Source: Armatimonadota bacterium (GTDB lineage: Bacteria; Armatimonadota; Fimbriimonadia; Fimbriimonadales; Fimbriimonadaceae). Taken from it: 59,749 nucleotides of DNA. Below are positions 19,802 through 29,949 of the stretch, one piece after another. The notes under the pieces are model-generated. The model worked only from the letters and a program-made list of their open reading frames with translations. It was not told the origin of the DNA and ran no database searches. The stretch's first letter is position 1; every line of letters begins with the position of its first letter. The stretch lies in contig JANNQV010000045.1 in NCBI GenBank assembly GCA_031400935.1, forward strand, positions 62,001 through 121,749, in the 5' to 3' direction. Both the position numbers and the translations under genes were made by a program.

Positions 19802-20340
19802 CTGTCAATGAACTGTTAACAAATTGCATTGAGCAGAACGAACGATTCGTCAGCGAAGTTCTGAGTGTGGTTTCCCTGATGACACAGGAGCAGTTAAACC
19901 AGCAAATGCCCGATGGCGATTGGAGTGTTGCACGAATATTGAAACACCTTATCCTCGCGAATACCAACTATATTGAAATTCTGCCTCCTCTAGTCCAGTC
20001 GGCTCATTCTGGGAGTCCAGAAGTTAAACATACATGGTTTGGGAAAGCGCTCATAAAAATGGCAGGGCCAAAGGGCAACGTTTCGCCCCCAGCTCAAATG
20101 GTGCCCGAACTCATTGAATTTGAAAAATCAATACTTGATGAATGGATTGCTCAGCAAAATGCAGCGATTGAACTGATGAAACTTGCCGTCGGCAAAAATA
20201 CGAATCTGCTGAGGTTCAAGAATCCAATTGTCAGACTCTTCACGATGAATGCCTCTGATGCTTTCGCGATCATGACGACGCATACAGACCGTCACGTTCA
20301 ACAGATTCAGCAAAGAGCAACAAATGTGACTTCAAGTTGA
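19798..20340 (+). CDS. DinB family protein
   Basis: WSVARILKHL and H..RHVQQI motifs. Confidence 0.82.
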   Translation: MTVNELLTNCIEQNERFVSEVLSVVSLMTQEQLNQQMPDGDWSVARILKHLILANTNYIEILPPLVQSAHSGSPEVKHTWFGKALIKMAGPKGNVSPPAQMVPELIEFEKSILDEWIAQQNAAIELMKLAVGKNTNLLRFKNPIVRLFTMNASDAFAIMTTHTDRHVQQIQQRATNVTSS

Positions 20341-20428
20341 TCATAAGGGAGCCAAGAAAAAGTACAGCGAAAAAAAGCGACTATTTTCACGGTGGATTAG
20401 TCTAGATTGCAGGATTTCATGCCGAAAA

Positions 20429-22201
20429 TTGACTTGTAACGATTCTTGGTGCAGTATTTTGCGTGATTCCAGAAGCCAGAAGTTTCTAATTGGTGCTGTT
20501 GCAATTGTGTTTGCAGCAGTTTTTGCTCTTATCTACTTATCTGACCTTTTCAATATGAATTTGATTATTGTCAACCTCTTGTATTTTGCTGTCGGTGCCT
20601 GCTTTGTGGTGCTGGTTTCCCATGCCATCTCAGAGTTTCGAACAAAGAAGGGGCAATCAAGCCTACTAACCAATGTTGATGAAGCGCGTGAATACATTTC
20701 AAACGAGAATATCCTGCTTAACAAGTTCGATTGGGGCAGTGTGCAACGATCTGATGAAAATTCGGAAAAGAAAGACGCATTTGAGAATTTGACTGAAGTT
20801 ACTGAATATGCCCACGCATCCAGGAATCTCTACGAAATTGCGGCCAGAAGATTTGAAGAATTGTTTGCAGGAGTGCCAGTAGCGTGCTTTACCTGTGATC
20901 GGTCAGGCACGATTTTCGAATGGAACAGATGTGCCGAGGAATTGTGGGGCGTGCCTGTATACGATATCTTGCACAAAAAACTTCATCCCGTAGTCTGCAC
21001 ACCCGAATCCGAAGAATTGGTTGGCAATTTGCTTGCAAGAGTATTTGAAGGTGAAGTCGCAGAACAACTAGAAATTCAAACAAAAAACGTAACCGGAAAA
21101 CTTCTCTGGGCATTTGTCTATGTGTTTCCGTTGCGTAGTCATGATGGAAACATTACAGGCGCAGTTTGGGCTTTTGTAGATAACACGGAGAGAAAGAAAC
21201 AAGCAGACCTTGTTTCCGAGAGTGAGGCAAGATTTCGGAATTGTATTGAATGGATGCAAAATGGTGTCCTAGTATTGGAGCACGACGGGTCCGTTTCAAT
21301 TTGCAATTTGAGAGCCGCTGAGACTCTAGGTTGGAGTGTTGCGACGATCCGAAGCAAAACATTCCGATTTGAACACCTTTGTCCTGTTCGGCAAAACGAC
21401 GAAGCTGTTGCCGTTGAAAATTGCCCAGTTACTCTATCTCTTCGCGATGGCAAGACTTTTAGAGATGAGATTCTTGGACTTAAGCGAGAAGACGGCAGTA
21501 CGGTTTGGGTAAGCCTGAATTCGTCTCCAATCATCGGTTCTGATGGAAACAGTCGGATTGTCATCAGCTTTGTTGATATCACCCAAGATCTGGAAAACAA
21601 GAAAACCATTGAAAATCATATGGGTGTCATTTCGGAATATAGCCTTCAATTGGAAGATCAAACAAAGGCTCTTGCTAGGGCGAACAAGATGTTGAGCGAG
21701 ATGGCTTCAACTGACGGTTTGACTGGTCTAAAAAACCATCGTTCATTTCAAGAATTTTTGGAGAAAGAATTTCAATTCGCAAAGCGACACAACACTGCGC
21801 TTTCGATCATCATCCTTGATGTAGATCACTTTAAGCAATTCAACGACACCTTTGGGCATCCGGCGGGCGATGAAGTACTGATAGAAGTTGGCAAGTTACT
21901 TGAATCTTGTGCTCGAATTTCTGACATGGTTGCTCGATACGGCGGCGAAGAATTTGTAATGGTGCTACCCAGTTCCGAACGCGAAGGCGTCATGGTTGTT
22001 GCGGAGCGGATTCGCTTAGTAATTCAAGATGCAAATTGGTCAGAACGCCAGATCACGGTCAGTTTGGGTTGTTCAACCATGGACCTAAATACTGTAGATC
22101 GTTCTGAACTAACTAGGGCCGCAGATGAAGCATTGTATTCTGCCAAGCGAAATGGAAGAAATCAGCTGGTTCATTGCGCTACAAAGAAGAAGGCTTCGTA
22201 A
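20429..22201 (+). CDS. Membrane PAS-PAS diguanylate cyclase
   Basis: Two TM helices, two PAS/PAC segments, TDGLTGL.N, D.DHFK..ND..GH..GD, RYGGEEF. Confidence 0.92.
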   Translation: MTCNDSWCSILRDSRSQKFLIGAVAIVFAAVFALIYLSDLFNMNLIIVNLLYFAVGACFVVLVSHAISEFRTKKGQSSLLTNVDEAREYISNENILLNKFDWGSVQRSDENSEKKDAFENLTEVTEYAHASRNLYEIAARRFEELFAGVPVACFTCDRSGTIFEWNRCAEELWGVPVYDILHKKLHPVVCTPESEELVGNLLARVFEGEVAEQLEIQTKNVTGKLLWAFVYVFPLRSHDGNITGAVWAFVDNTERKKQADLVSESEARFRNCIEWMQNGVLVLEHDGSVSICNLRAAETLGWSVATIRSKTFRFEHLCPVRQNDEAVAVENCPVTLSLRDGKTFRDEILGLKREDGSTVWVSLNSSPIIGSDGNSRIVISFVDITQDLENKKTIENHMGVISEYSLQLEDQTKALARANKMLSEMASTDGLTGLKNHRSFQEFLEKEFQFAKRHNTALSIIILDVDHFKQFNDTFGHPAGDEVLIEVGKLLESCARISDMVARYGGEEFVMVLPSSEREGVMVVAERIRLVIQDANWSERQITVSLGCSTMDLNTVDRSELTRAADEALYSAKRNGRNQLVHCATKKKAS

Positions 22202-22207
22202 TCCCCT

Positions 22208-22660
22208 TTACATCAGAGATTTGATAATCTTCCATTCGGATTCTGTAACTGGCATTACGCTAAGTCGTTGGCCTTTTTGAACGACCCCCATGGCTTCCAA
22301 ACCTGTTGTTTCTCGCAACTTTTGGAGAGGAATGAGCGGTTCAATTTTGCTTACAAATTTTATGTCTACGGTTATCCAGCGCGGCGTTTCGTTTGGACTC
22401 TTGGAATCAAAATATTCACTGTTTGGATCGTACTGGGTTGGGTCAGGGTAACCCGTTGAAACAATTTCCATAATGCCCGCAATTCCGGGCGGATTGATGC
22501 TGGAATGATAAAATAGTGCGAGATCGCCCGGCTTGAATCGGTCTCGGAAGAAGTTTCTCACCGTATAATTCCGGCAACCTTCCCACATATTGGTGCCATC
22601 CCTTTGAAGATCGTCAATTGAATAGCAATCCGGTTCTGATTTCATGAGCCAATAGGCCAT
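22208..22660 (-). CDS. EVE domain protein
   Basis: YWLMKSEP, W.G.RNY..RN, FYHS, RLSVMPV. Confidence 0.92.
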   Translation of the reverse strand: MAYWLMKSEPDCYSIDDLQRDGTNMWEGCRNYTVRNFFRDRFKPGDLALFYHSSINPPGIAGIMEIVSTGYPDPTQYDPNSEYFDSKSPNETPRWITVDIKFVSKIEPLIPLQKLRETTGLEAMGVVQKGQRLSVMPVTESEWKIIKSLM

Positions 22661-22703
22661 GGTAAGAGTTGTACCATTCTTAGTTCGGTTTTGTTGGTTT
22701 CTT

Positions 22704-22779
22704 GATGGGACTTATGGGACTTATGGGACAAAAGAACATTTTGTACACTTGAGTCCCATAAGTCCCATCTGTCCTATTG
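22704..22779. repeat. Inverted pair of 9-nt tandem repeats
   Basis: GATGGGACTTATGGGACT (22704-22721) is the exact reverse complement of AGTCCCATAAGTCCCATC (22752-22769). Confidence 0.8.
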
Positions 22780-22846
22780 ACCACTTTCTGCGCATCAATG
22801 TAAATTGCTGCCAACTGAGGCATCAAAGAAAATGTAAACTTACACA

Positions 22847-23578
22847 ATGGTTTCGGTCAAGAATGTCACGATGCGCTTTGGTGACAGAACTATCTTGGAC
22901 GACGTTTCGCTTGAAGTTGAGGCTGGCCAAATCATGGCGATCATGGGAAGCAGCGGCGGCGGAAAAACCACGCTGCTTCGCTGCATGGCAGGTTTGTTGA
23001 CTCCCCAATCTGGAACGATTTCAGTTGGCGGTATAGACGTTCAAAACTGTCCAGAATTGGCCCGCCAAAAGATGGGGATGGTGTTCCAAGGTGCCGCCCT
23101 TTTTGATTTTTTATCCGTTCGAGACAACATTCTATTTGGAGTGAAACGGCATCGGAAATTGAGCGGCACTGAGCAAAATGACCTAGTAGCCGAGCTTATG
23201 GAGATGGTCGGACTTTCAGGTTCGGAAGACTTGCTCCCAGGTCAACTTTCAGGCGGAATGAAGAAGCGAGTCGGCATTGCTCGTGCTTTGGCTCTTAAGC
23301 CTGAAATGGTAATGTACGACGAGCCTGTAACAGGGCTTGACCCGATAACTGCGTACACGATCGACGAATTGATCGTGGGCGTTCGCAGCAAATATCAGGT
23401 CACTTCGCTCGTCGTAAGCCACGACGTGACATCAGTTTTTCGCGTAGCGGACAAAATTGCCTTCTTGGAAGACGGAAAACTCACTTTTGTCGGAACCAAA
23501 GAAGAGTTCAAAGAGGACTCTTCGGGGACAATTCGTGAATTGTTGGCGAAATTCAGTTCAACACAAATTTCTCACTAA
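22847..23578 (+). CDS. ABC ATP-binding protein, MlaF/Mkl-like
   Basis: GSSGGGKT, FQGAALFD, LSGGMKKRVGIARAL, YDEPVTGLDP. Confidence 0.88.
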   Translation: MVSVKNVTMRFGDRTILDDVSLEVEAGQIMAIMGSSGGGKTTLLRCMAGLLTPQSGTISVGGIDVQNCPELARQKMGMVFQGAALFDFLSVRDNILFGVKRHRKLSGTEQNDLVAELMEMVGLSGSEDLLPGQLSGGMKKRVGIARALALKPEMVMYDEPVTGLDPITAYTIDELIVGVRSKYQVTSLVVSHDVTSVFRVADKIAFLEDGKLTFVGTKEEFKEDSSGTIRELLAKFSSTQISH

Positions 23579-23654
23579 TTTCGATTTTAGGGTGAACTTA
23601 GTCAACTCTCAGCCGTTATTTCTATTAACTTCGCATTGGAGGAAGCAAATAATT

Positions 23655-24155
23655 ATGAAAAAAGTAACTGTAGCGGCATTAGTCGCAATTATGTTAATCG
23701 GTGCGGTTTCGAGCGCTTTTGCTCAAGCTGCAGGTCCTAAAGGCGGCGCGCCAGGTGCTGGCCAAAAGCCAGGACAGGGACAACGAGGCGGGTTTGGAAA
23801 GAGAATGCAGGAAGAGGTTTTTGCAAAGCTGAATCTTACTCCGAAACAATCTGCGCAGATCAAAGCCATTAACGAAAAATATAAAGTGCAATACGAAGCT
23901 TTGCGACCCGCAGTGGCGCCAGGCAAGCAAAGAACTCCAATGAGCGATGCTGATCGAAAGAAGTTTATGGCAATCAGGGAAAAGCAAAACGCTGAATTCT
24001 TGGCAGTTTTAACTCCAGCTCAAAAGACCAAATTTGAAGCCTTGATGAAGGAAATGCGAGCAAAGATGCAGAATGGCGGCGGACGACCTGGCGGTGGCAC
24101 ACCTCCCCCTGGCGGCGGCAAAGGCAAAGGCGGCTCGACTGGCGGTGGAATCTAA
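23655..24155 (+). CDS. Spy/CpxP-like periplasmic protein (LTxxQ)
   Basis: Signal peptide MKKVTVAAL..AFA; LNLTPKQ and VLTPAQK motifs; Gly-rich tails. Confidence 0.75.
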   Translation: MKKVTVAALVAIMLIGAVSSAFAQAAGPKGGAPGAGQKPGQGQRGGFGKRMQEEVFAKLNLTPKQSAQIKAINEKYKVQYEALRPAVAPGKQRTPMSDADRKKFMAIREKQNAEFLAVLTPAQKTKFEALMKEMRAKMQNGGGRPGGGTPPPGGGKGKGGSTGGGI

Positions 24156-24181
24156 ACTTTTACGAAACGAATGAGAGAGCA

Positions 24182-24215
24182 ACCCGCCCCCATCTTGGAG
24201 GCGGGTCTTTTTATT
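24182..24215 (+). terminator. Probable intrinsic terminator
   Basis: ACCCGCC...GGCGGGT stem followed by CTTTTTATT. Confidence 0.6.
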
Positions 24216-24349
24216 GTTGGCAGTTAGCGGTAGGCAGTTGGCGGATTGCTGTACCAAATCGGGCAGCAAGAACTGTGGTTTCTATCAAGAAAAGCCGAGT
24301 GCTTTTCCCTTGTTTTCACTGCTTACCGCAAACTGCTATCCGCTAACCC
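24216..24349. repeat. Bipartite heptamer tract
   Basis: gttggca gttagcg gtaggca gttggcg ... ttcactg cttaccg caaactg ctatccg ctaaccc. Confidence 0.7.
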
Positions 24350-24352
24350 CAT

Positions 24353-25498
24353 TCACGCCGAAACCAATTCTCTCAAATCGGTTTCGTCAACTTCGGACTT
24401 TGAATCTGCGACAGCAAGAAACCGAGAATAGATATCTTCAAATCGCTCATCTGTAAAATTGAATCCAAGTTCAGCGAGCCGAAATTTCAAGCCGTGACGC
24501 CCGCTTCGAGCGGTCAAGATGATTTCTGACTTTTCAGCTCCTACAAGTTCCGGCGCGATGATTTCGTAAGTTGACCTTTCCTTGAGTACGCCGTCTTGAT
24601 GTATTCCTGAAGAGTGGGCGTAAGCATTCGCCCCGACGACGGCCTTGTTCCGTTGGACCACCATCCCGCTCAGTTTCGAAACCATTTTTGAAGCGAGGAG
24701 CAACTTGTTTGTTTGAATCTTAGTTTCGCAATTGAAGAGGTCATTGCGAATTTGCAACGCCATGACAACTTCTTCGAGGGCGGTGTTTCCGGCACGTTCT
24801 CCAATTCCGTTTATCGTGACTTCAACTTGTCGAGCTCCACCCAATACGCCAGCCAAAGTGTTCGCCGTAGCCATTCCGAGATCGTTGTGGCAGTGACAGC
24901 TTAGAATTGCTTTGTCAATGTTCGGGACATTGTTTTTGATTCCCGCCATGAGTTCACGATATTCGCCAGGATAGGTGTAACCAGTCGTGTCAGGAACATT
25001 GATTGTTGTTGCTCCCGCGTCAATCACGGCTTCGACAACTCGGTAAACGTACTCGCGATCCGCCCGCCCAGAATCTTCCATGAAATACTCGATGTTGTCG
25101 GTATATTTCGTCGCATGGCGAACAGCAGCAACGCCAGTTTCCAGCGCTTGATCTCGCGTCATTTTCAGCTTGAATTCAAGGTGGTTGTCGCTGACTCCGA
25201 GCCCAGTGTGAATTCGCGGATTCTCTGCTGGCTTTAGTGCCTCGCCTGCTGCATCAATGTCTTTTTCTCTTGCGCGAGTCAAACCGCAGACTTGAACACC
25301 TTTGAGTTCTTTGGCCAAAGTGTTTACAGCGTCAAAATCGCCTGGAGAAGAGATCGGGAATCCGGCCTCGATGATATCAACGCCTAATTCGACGAGCATT
25401 CTGCCGATTTCTAGCTTTTGAGCCATGTCCAGCCGAACACCAGGAGATTGCTCTCCATCTCGAAGCGTGGTGTCAAAAATGTAAACGCGGTCAGCCAT
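24353..25498 (-). CDS. leuA: 2-isopropylmalate synthase, short form without the C-terminal regulatory domain
   Basis: [40 protein letters not shown]; 381 aa from ATG 25498. Confidence 0.85.
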   Translation of the reverse strand: MADRVYIFDTTLRDGEQSPGVRLDMAQKLEIGRMLVELGVDIIEAGFPISSPGDFDAVNTLAKELKGVQVCGLTRAREKDIDAAGEALKPAENPRIHTGLGVSDNHLEFKLKMTRDQALETGVAAVRHATKYTDNIEYFMEDSGRADREYVYRVVEAVIDAGATTINVPDTTGYTYPGEYRELMAGIKNNVPNIDKAILSCHCHNDLGMATANTLAGVLGGARQVEVTINGIGERAGNTALEEVVMALQIRNDLFNCETKIQTNKLLLASKMVSKLSGMVVQRNKAVVGANAYAHSSGIHQDGVLKERSTYEIIAPELVGAEKSEIILTARSGRHGLKFRLAELGFNFTDERFEDIYSRFLAVADSKSEVDETDLRELVSA

Positions 25499-25576
25499 GA
25501 AATTATTATAGTTGGTTCTAATCGTTTTGGGAGTGCGCACTCCCAAAACAGCCTCACAGGTACAATTCGATCCAAC

Positions 25577-25816
25577 ATGGCCAAAGTCCAATTGACACTC
25601 ATCGGAAGCGGCGACGTCGCTCAACGACCTTGGATTAGTTCCCTTGCGAAGCAGTTTACAGTTGATTTCAACATTGTTAGGGCAAGTGTAGATTCTGCAT
25701 ACGGCGTGATTGAACTCGAACTCACCGGCCCAGTCGAAGAAATTCAACGGGCAACGGCCTGGCTCATGACAACGGGACTTCATGTGGAAGCGAAAGAAAG
25801 GGCCGTCGGAGCCTAG
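25577..25816 (+). CDS. Stand-alone NIL domain protein
   Basis: P.ISSLAKQF.VDFNIVRASV....G.IELELTG...EIQRA..WL...GLHVE pattern. Confidence 0.75.
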   Translation: MAKVQLTLIGSGDVAQRPWISSLAKQFTVDFNIVRASVDSAYGVIELELTGPVEEIQRATAWLMTTGLHVEAKERAVGA

Positions 25817-25842
25817 ATTTCAACCAAGAATCTGCTTTCTCA

Positions 25843-26748
25843 ATGGCTGAAATCGAGCTTTTTGAACCCGAACTTCCAGAGGATTTCCACTCCTTCTGGA
25901 AACACTTTGCTGATGAAGCGCTTTCTGCTCCGCTTTGGTATCGAAGATCGCTGACCAACGATTTTGATTTGAATGGCTTTCGGATTGAATCGCTAGTTTT
26001 TCGTGGAATGGAAGAGGTGGAACTTCAGGGGTGGATTGCCTATCCTGAAGGTTCCAGGCGGCTTCCTTCATTTCTCTGGATTCCGCCTTACGGACGTGAA
26101 TCTCTTTTGCCAAATGAGTACGGAACACGCGAAGGCATGACAAGCCTTTCGTTCAATTTTCACGGACACGGCGCTTTTCATCAGGAATACTACCGAACCG
26201 AGAGAGGGTACTTTTCCGAGGGAGTTGAATCACCGGAAACGTGGATATTCCGAACCATGATCCAAAACGCAATCATCGCCACTAGGGTTCTTCAAGCTCA
26301 GCCCGAAGCGGATGAAGACCGAATTTCGGTCGCCGGATTGAGTCAAGGCGGGGGGATGGCGATTTGGCTTGCCGCCATAGTGCCGTTCATTCGATCCGTA
26401 GCCGCCGATTTGCCATTTTTGGGCGGCCTGGGCCATGTTCTTGCCCGGCAAGCCTACCGTTACCCGCTTAAGGAACTTACTGACTATGCGGATATGATTC
26501 CTCTTGGAATGGAGCGAATTCTTAACACGATTTCCTATTTCGACACAATCAATTTTGCGACTTTGTGTAAGGCGCCAACTTTAGTAAGTGCTGGATTGAA
26601 AGATCCAGCGGTTCGGGTGGATCAAGCGAAATCTATTTTCGAAGCTTTGCCTGGCGACAAAGAGTTCGTACTTTACGATTGGGGACATGATTGGCACCCA
26701 CAAATGGTCGAGCGGAACCGAACTTGGATGCTAGAGCACATGAGATAG
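25843..26748 (+). CDS. Acetylxylan esterase (AXE1)/cephalosporin-C deacetylase family
   Basis: PEDFHSFW, G.SQGGG nucleophile elbow, SYFD..NFA, GL.D, GH. Confidence 0.85.
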   Translation: MAEIELFEPELPEDFHSFWKHFADEALSAPLWYRRSLTNDFDLNGFRIESLVFRGMEEVELQGWIAYPEGSRRLPSFLWIPPYGRESLLPNEYGTREGMTSLSFNFHGHGAFHQEYYRTERGYFSEGVESPETWIFRTMIQNAIIATRVLQAQPEADEDRISVAGLSQGGGMAIWLAAIVPFIRSVAADLPFLGGLGHVLARQAYRYPLKELTDYADMIPLGMERILNTISYFDTINFATLCKAPTLVSAGLKDPAVRVDQAKSIFEALPGDKEFVLYDWGHDWHPQMVERNRTWMLEHMR

Positions 26749-26758
26749 GGGCTAATAA

Positions 26759-27802
26759 TTGCGAATTCTTCAAGTTGGAAGCGGTTGCGGTGGATGGGGT
26801 GGGATTGAAAGATATATCGCTTATTTGACTAACGGGCTAATTGATCGTGGGCACGAGGTTCATGTGGCTTGCCCTTCAGGCTCTCAACTGGACATTCGGT
26901 GCGCAGGAATTCACCATGACATCGCCCAGCCCTATCTCTATAGGCCAACCGCGGTTTTGCCAATGAACCGCCTAGTAAAAGAGATTGAGTTTGATTTGAT
27001 CCATTTTCATTATCGAAAAGATTTCATTCTTCCAGCTTGGGCAACAATGATGGGAACAAAGGCTCCCCGAATCATGACACGACACGTCCCGAGCACTTGG
27101 AACGTGTGGAAATCATCCAACTATCGCAGGACATTTCATCACTTCATTTCAGTTTCCGAAGCCGTACGGAAGGATTTGATCGAGACTAGCAGAATTCCTG
27201 CCTCCATGATAACGACAGCCCATGCTGGCTGTCCACCAATAACAACAGAGTTCAAGAGAACAGAATCAAACAAATTCAGAGTAGGTTATTTCGGCAGACT
27301 TGTAAATGTGAAAGGCGTTCATGTCTTGGTCGAATCGTCAAAGCAGCTCCCGGAGGGCATCGAAGTCTTGATCTACGGTTCCGGTCCCCAGGAAGCTGAA
27401 CTTCGCTTGCAAGCCGAAGGCACTTGTTGCCGGTTCATGGGGCAAGTTGAAGACGTATTTGAAGCAATGGCGAATGTGGATGTCGTTGTGATTCCGAGCT
27501 TATGGCTCGAAGCATTTCCATTTTCGGCTCTGGAAGCCATGGCAGTTGGCAAACCAATCATTGCAACTGATTCAGGCGGACTTCCCGAACAAGTTCGAGA
27601 TGGAGAGACAGGTTTGCTTGTTGTAAGAGGCGACGCTATCGCATTGGCTGAAGCTATTGGGTCGCTTTGTAATGAACGCGAAAAGTGTAAACAAATGGGA
27701 AACAAAGCGAGGGAGATTCAACGTACTGAATTCACAGTAGAAAAATTTGCGGAGCGAGTTGAGTCTGTATACGAATCGGTTTTGGCACATAGGAACTCAT
27801 GA
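26759..27802 (+). CDS. Glycosyltransferase family 4
   Basis: GGIERY, GRL...KG, PS..EAF....LEAMA.GKP..A...GG..E. Confidence 0.92.
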   Translation: MRILQVGSGCGGWGGIERYIAYLTNGLIDRGHEVHVACPSGSQLDIRCAGIHHDIAQPYLYRPTAVLPMNRLVKEIEFDLIHFHYRKDFILPAWATMMGTKAPRIMTRHVPSTWNVWKSSNYRRTFHHFISVSEAVRKDLIETSRIPASMITTAHAGCPPITTEFKRTESNKFRVGYFGRLVNVKGVHVLVESSKQLPEGIEVLIYGSGPQEAELRLQAEGTCCRFMGQVEDVFEAMANVDVVVIPSLWLEAFPFSALEAMAVGKPIIATDSGGLPEQVRDGETGLLVVRGDAIALAEAIGSLCNEREKCKQMGNKAREIQRTEFTVEKFAERVESVYESVLAHRNS

Positions 27803-29742
27803 GCCACTCATGCCATTATGTTAGGAATTGTATGACGCGGATTTTTAGATTGTTCCTTCCGATATTGATGGGCCTAGTTTCGGCGGGTGCGTTTGCCCAG
27901 AATTTGCATTTCAAATGGAGTGGGGAAGTCGTGCCGAACGACGCCCGGCCAGGCGAAGCAGCGCAACTCGTTTTGACTCTTGAACTTGAAAAGGGATGGC
28001 ATACATACCAAATCGGGCAAACAGGCGGGCCGCTTGCACTAGATATCAGGTTACAACCTGGGCCAGCCGAAGAAATTGACAAGATTGTCGTCCCGCCACC
28101 ATTGAAAAAGTTTGACACCGCATTTAAGGTTGAAGTTGGCTACTACGAAAATGTAGCTAAATTTGCGATTCCGATCCGGCTAGCCGAGGGAATTCAAGGC
28201 CAGCAAATCGCAAAAATTGACATCAAGACGCAAGTTTGCAATGAAGTTGGTTGCGATCGCCCGCGTACACAAACCTTAGAAGTGCCATTCAAAGTTTCAC
28301 CTGGCGATGTGCGAGTCGAGCGAATCGCTGCAATGACCAAGCTCCCCGTACAGCCCCCTCAATCTCAATCATCAGAGACCAATGGGACAGAAGAGACAGC
28401 AGGGACAAAGGGGACGACGGAAGATGCTCCTGTTGGTGGGGGTTCGTTGTGGGGGATCTTTGTTGCCGGATTTATCGGCGGCCTCTTTGCATTGCTTACA
28501 CCTTGCGTTTTCCCAATGATTCCTGTTACGATTAGCTTCTTTTCGAAGCAGGGCGGTGATCGGAGATCGCAGATTCGGGCGGCAATTTTGTACTGCCTTG
28601 GGATCATTGTGTCCTTCACTGTTCTTGGATTGCTCGTTACGATTTTGCTCGGAAAGAACGGCACATACATTCTTGCAAACAATCTTTGGGTGAATGGCGG
28701 CCTCGTTTTGCTTTTCGTCGTTCTGGCACTTAGCTTATTTGGAGTTTTTGAACTACTCATTCCAAGCGGAACTCTAACAAAAATTTCGGGAATGACTCAG
28801 CGCGGAGGCGCCGTTGCAGGCCCTCTTCTAATGGGGCTGACGTTTGCCCTGACAAGCTTTACTTGCACCGTGCCAATAGTTGGCGGATTACTTGCCGGAG
28901 CGGCGGCAGGAGATCGCCTTTATCCGGCTCTAGGAATGATAGGCTTTAGCTCTGCGCTTGCCTTGCCGTTTTTGCTCTTGGCATTGTTTCCAAGTTTGAT
29001 GAAATCGTTGCCAAAATCAGGCGCGTGGATGGTTACGGCAAAGACATTTATGGGTTTTCTGGAATTAGCAGCGGCTCTGAAATTCCTTTCCAACATAGAC
29101 CTCGTTTTACGCCTTGGAATTCTAACGCGTCCCGTCTTTCTCGCAATATGGACAGCCATTTTTCTGCTCGCAGGAATTCACCTTCTCGGTTGGATTAAAT
29201 TGCCTCACGACGGGCCTTCGCCAATTGGACCCATGAGAAGGCTTTTTGCCATAGCTTCAATCGCAGGAGCCTGGTTCTGCCTGAGCGCCATGAACGGAGC
29301 AAGCCTTGGCACGATTACAGGCCTTTTGCCACCTTCCGACTATCCGTTTAGAGGCAAAACTGGCTCAGCCGAAAGAGTAGGGAAGGCGACTTGGATTGTT
29401 AATGATTTTCCGAAAGCACTTGCCGAAGCGAAGTCAACAGGCAAGCCGATTCTTGTTGATTTCACGGGCTATACCTGAACCAATTGTCGAGATATGGAGG
29501 AGAACGTGTTTCACCTCCCCGAAGTGCAAAACGAGTTCAAAAAGTACGTGCTAGTTCAGCTTTATGTTGAAGATAAAGACCATGCAGACATCCAAGATCG
29601 CTTGATCAAGCGTTCCGACTTGCCTTCTTATGTTGCAGTGAAATCGGACGGAGAAACGGTGATCAAGTTTGTCGGCTATGAAACAAGGCCGAACATAAGG
29701 GTTTCCAGTTTTGTAAAGTTCTTGTCGGAATCGGCGGAGTGA
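27799..29742 (+). CDS. dsbD: DsbD thiol:disulfide interchange protein with in-frame TGA (candidate selenocysteine, UxxC)
   Basis: Alpha domain (CNEVGC), TM beta domain (LLTPCVFPMIP, FTCTVP), gamma domain VDFTGYT-TGA-TNCRDMEENVF. The ORFs 27799..29478 and 29494..29742 are in the same frame. Start may be 27832. Confidence 0.8.
29496..29518 (+). promoter_or_regulatory. Candidate bacterial SECIS hairpin
   Basis: GGAGG-A-GAA-CGTGT-TTC-A-CCTCC; G in the second loop position; 26 nt between the TGA (29476-29478) and the loop. Confidence 0.55.
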
Positions 29743-29944
29743 GGAGAATTTTGGATTTTTGATTGTGGATTTTGGATTGGGACAGGATTTGGAGTGCGGT
29801 GTGCAGAGTGCGGAGTGTGGAGAACGGAACGCGGAGACCGGAGCGACGAGATCCAGCCGCCAACTGGCAACCGCTAACTGCAAACCAATAACAACCAACA
29901 ACCAACAACTGACAACCGCTAACTGCCAATTGCTAACCGCCAAC
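29743..29944. repeat. Bipartite heptamer tract between convergent genes
   Basis: gattttg- and gagtgcg-type units, followed by ctaactg-, caaccaa- and ctaaccg-type units. Confidence 0.85.
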
Positions 29945-29949
29945 ATCCC

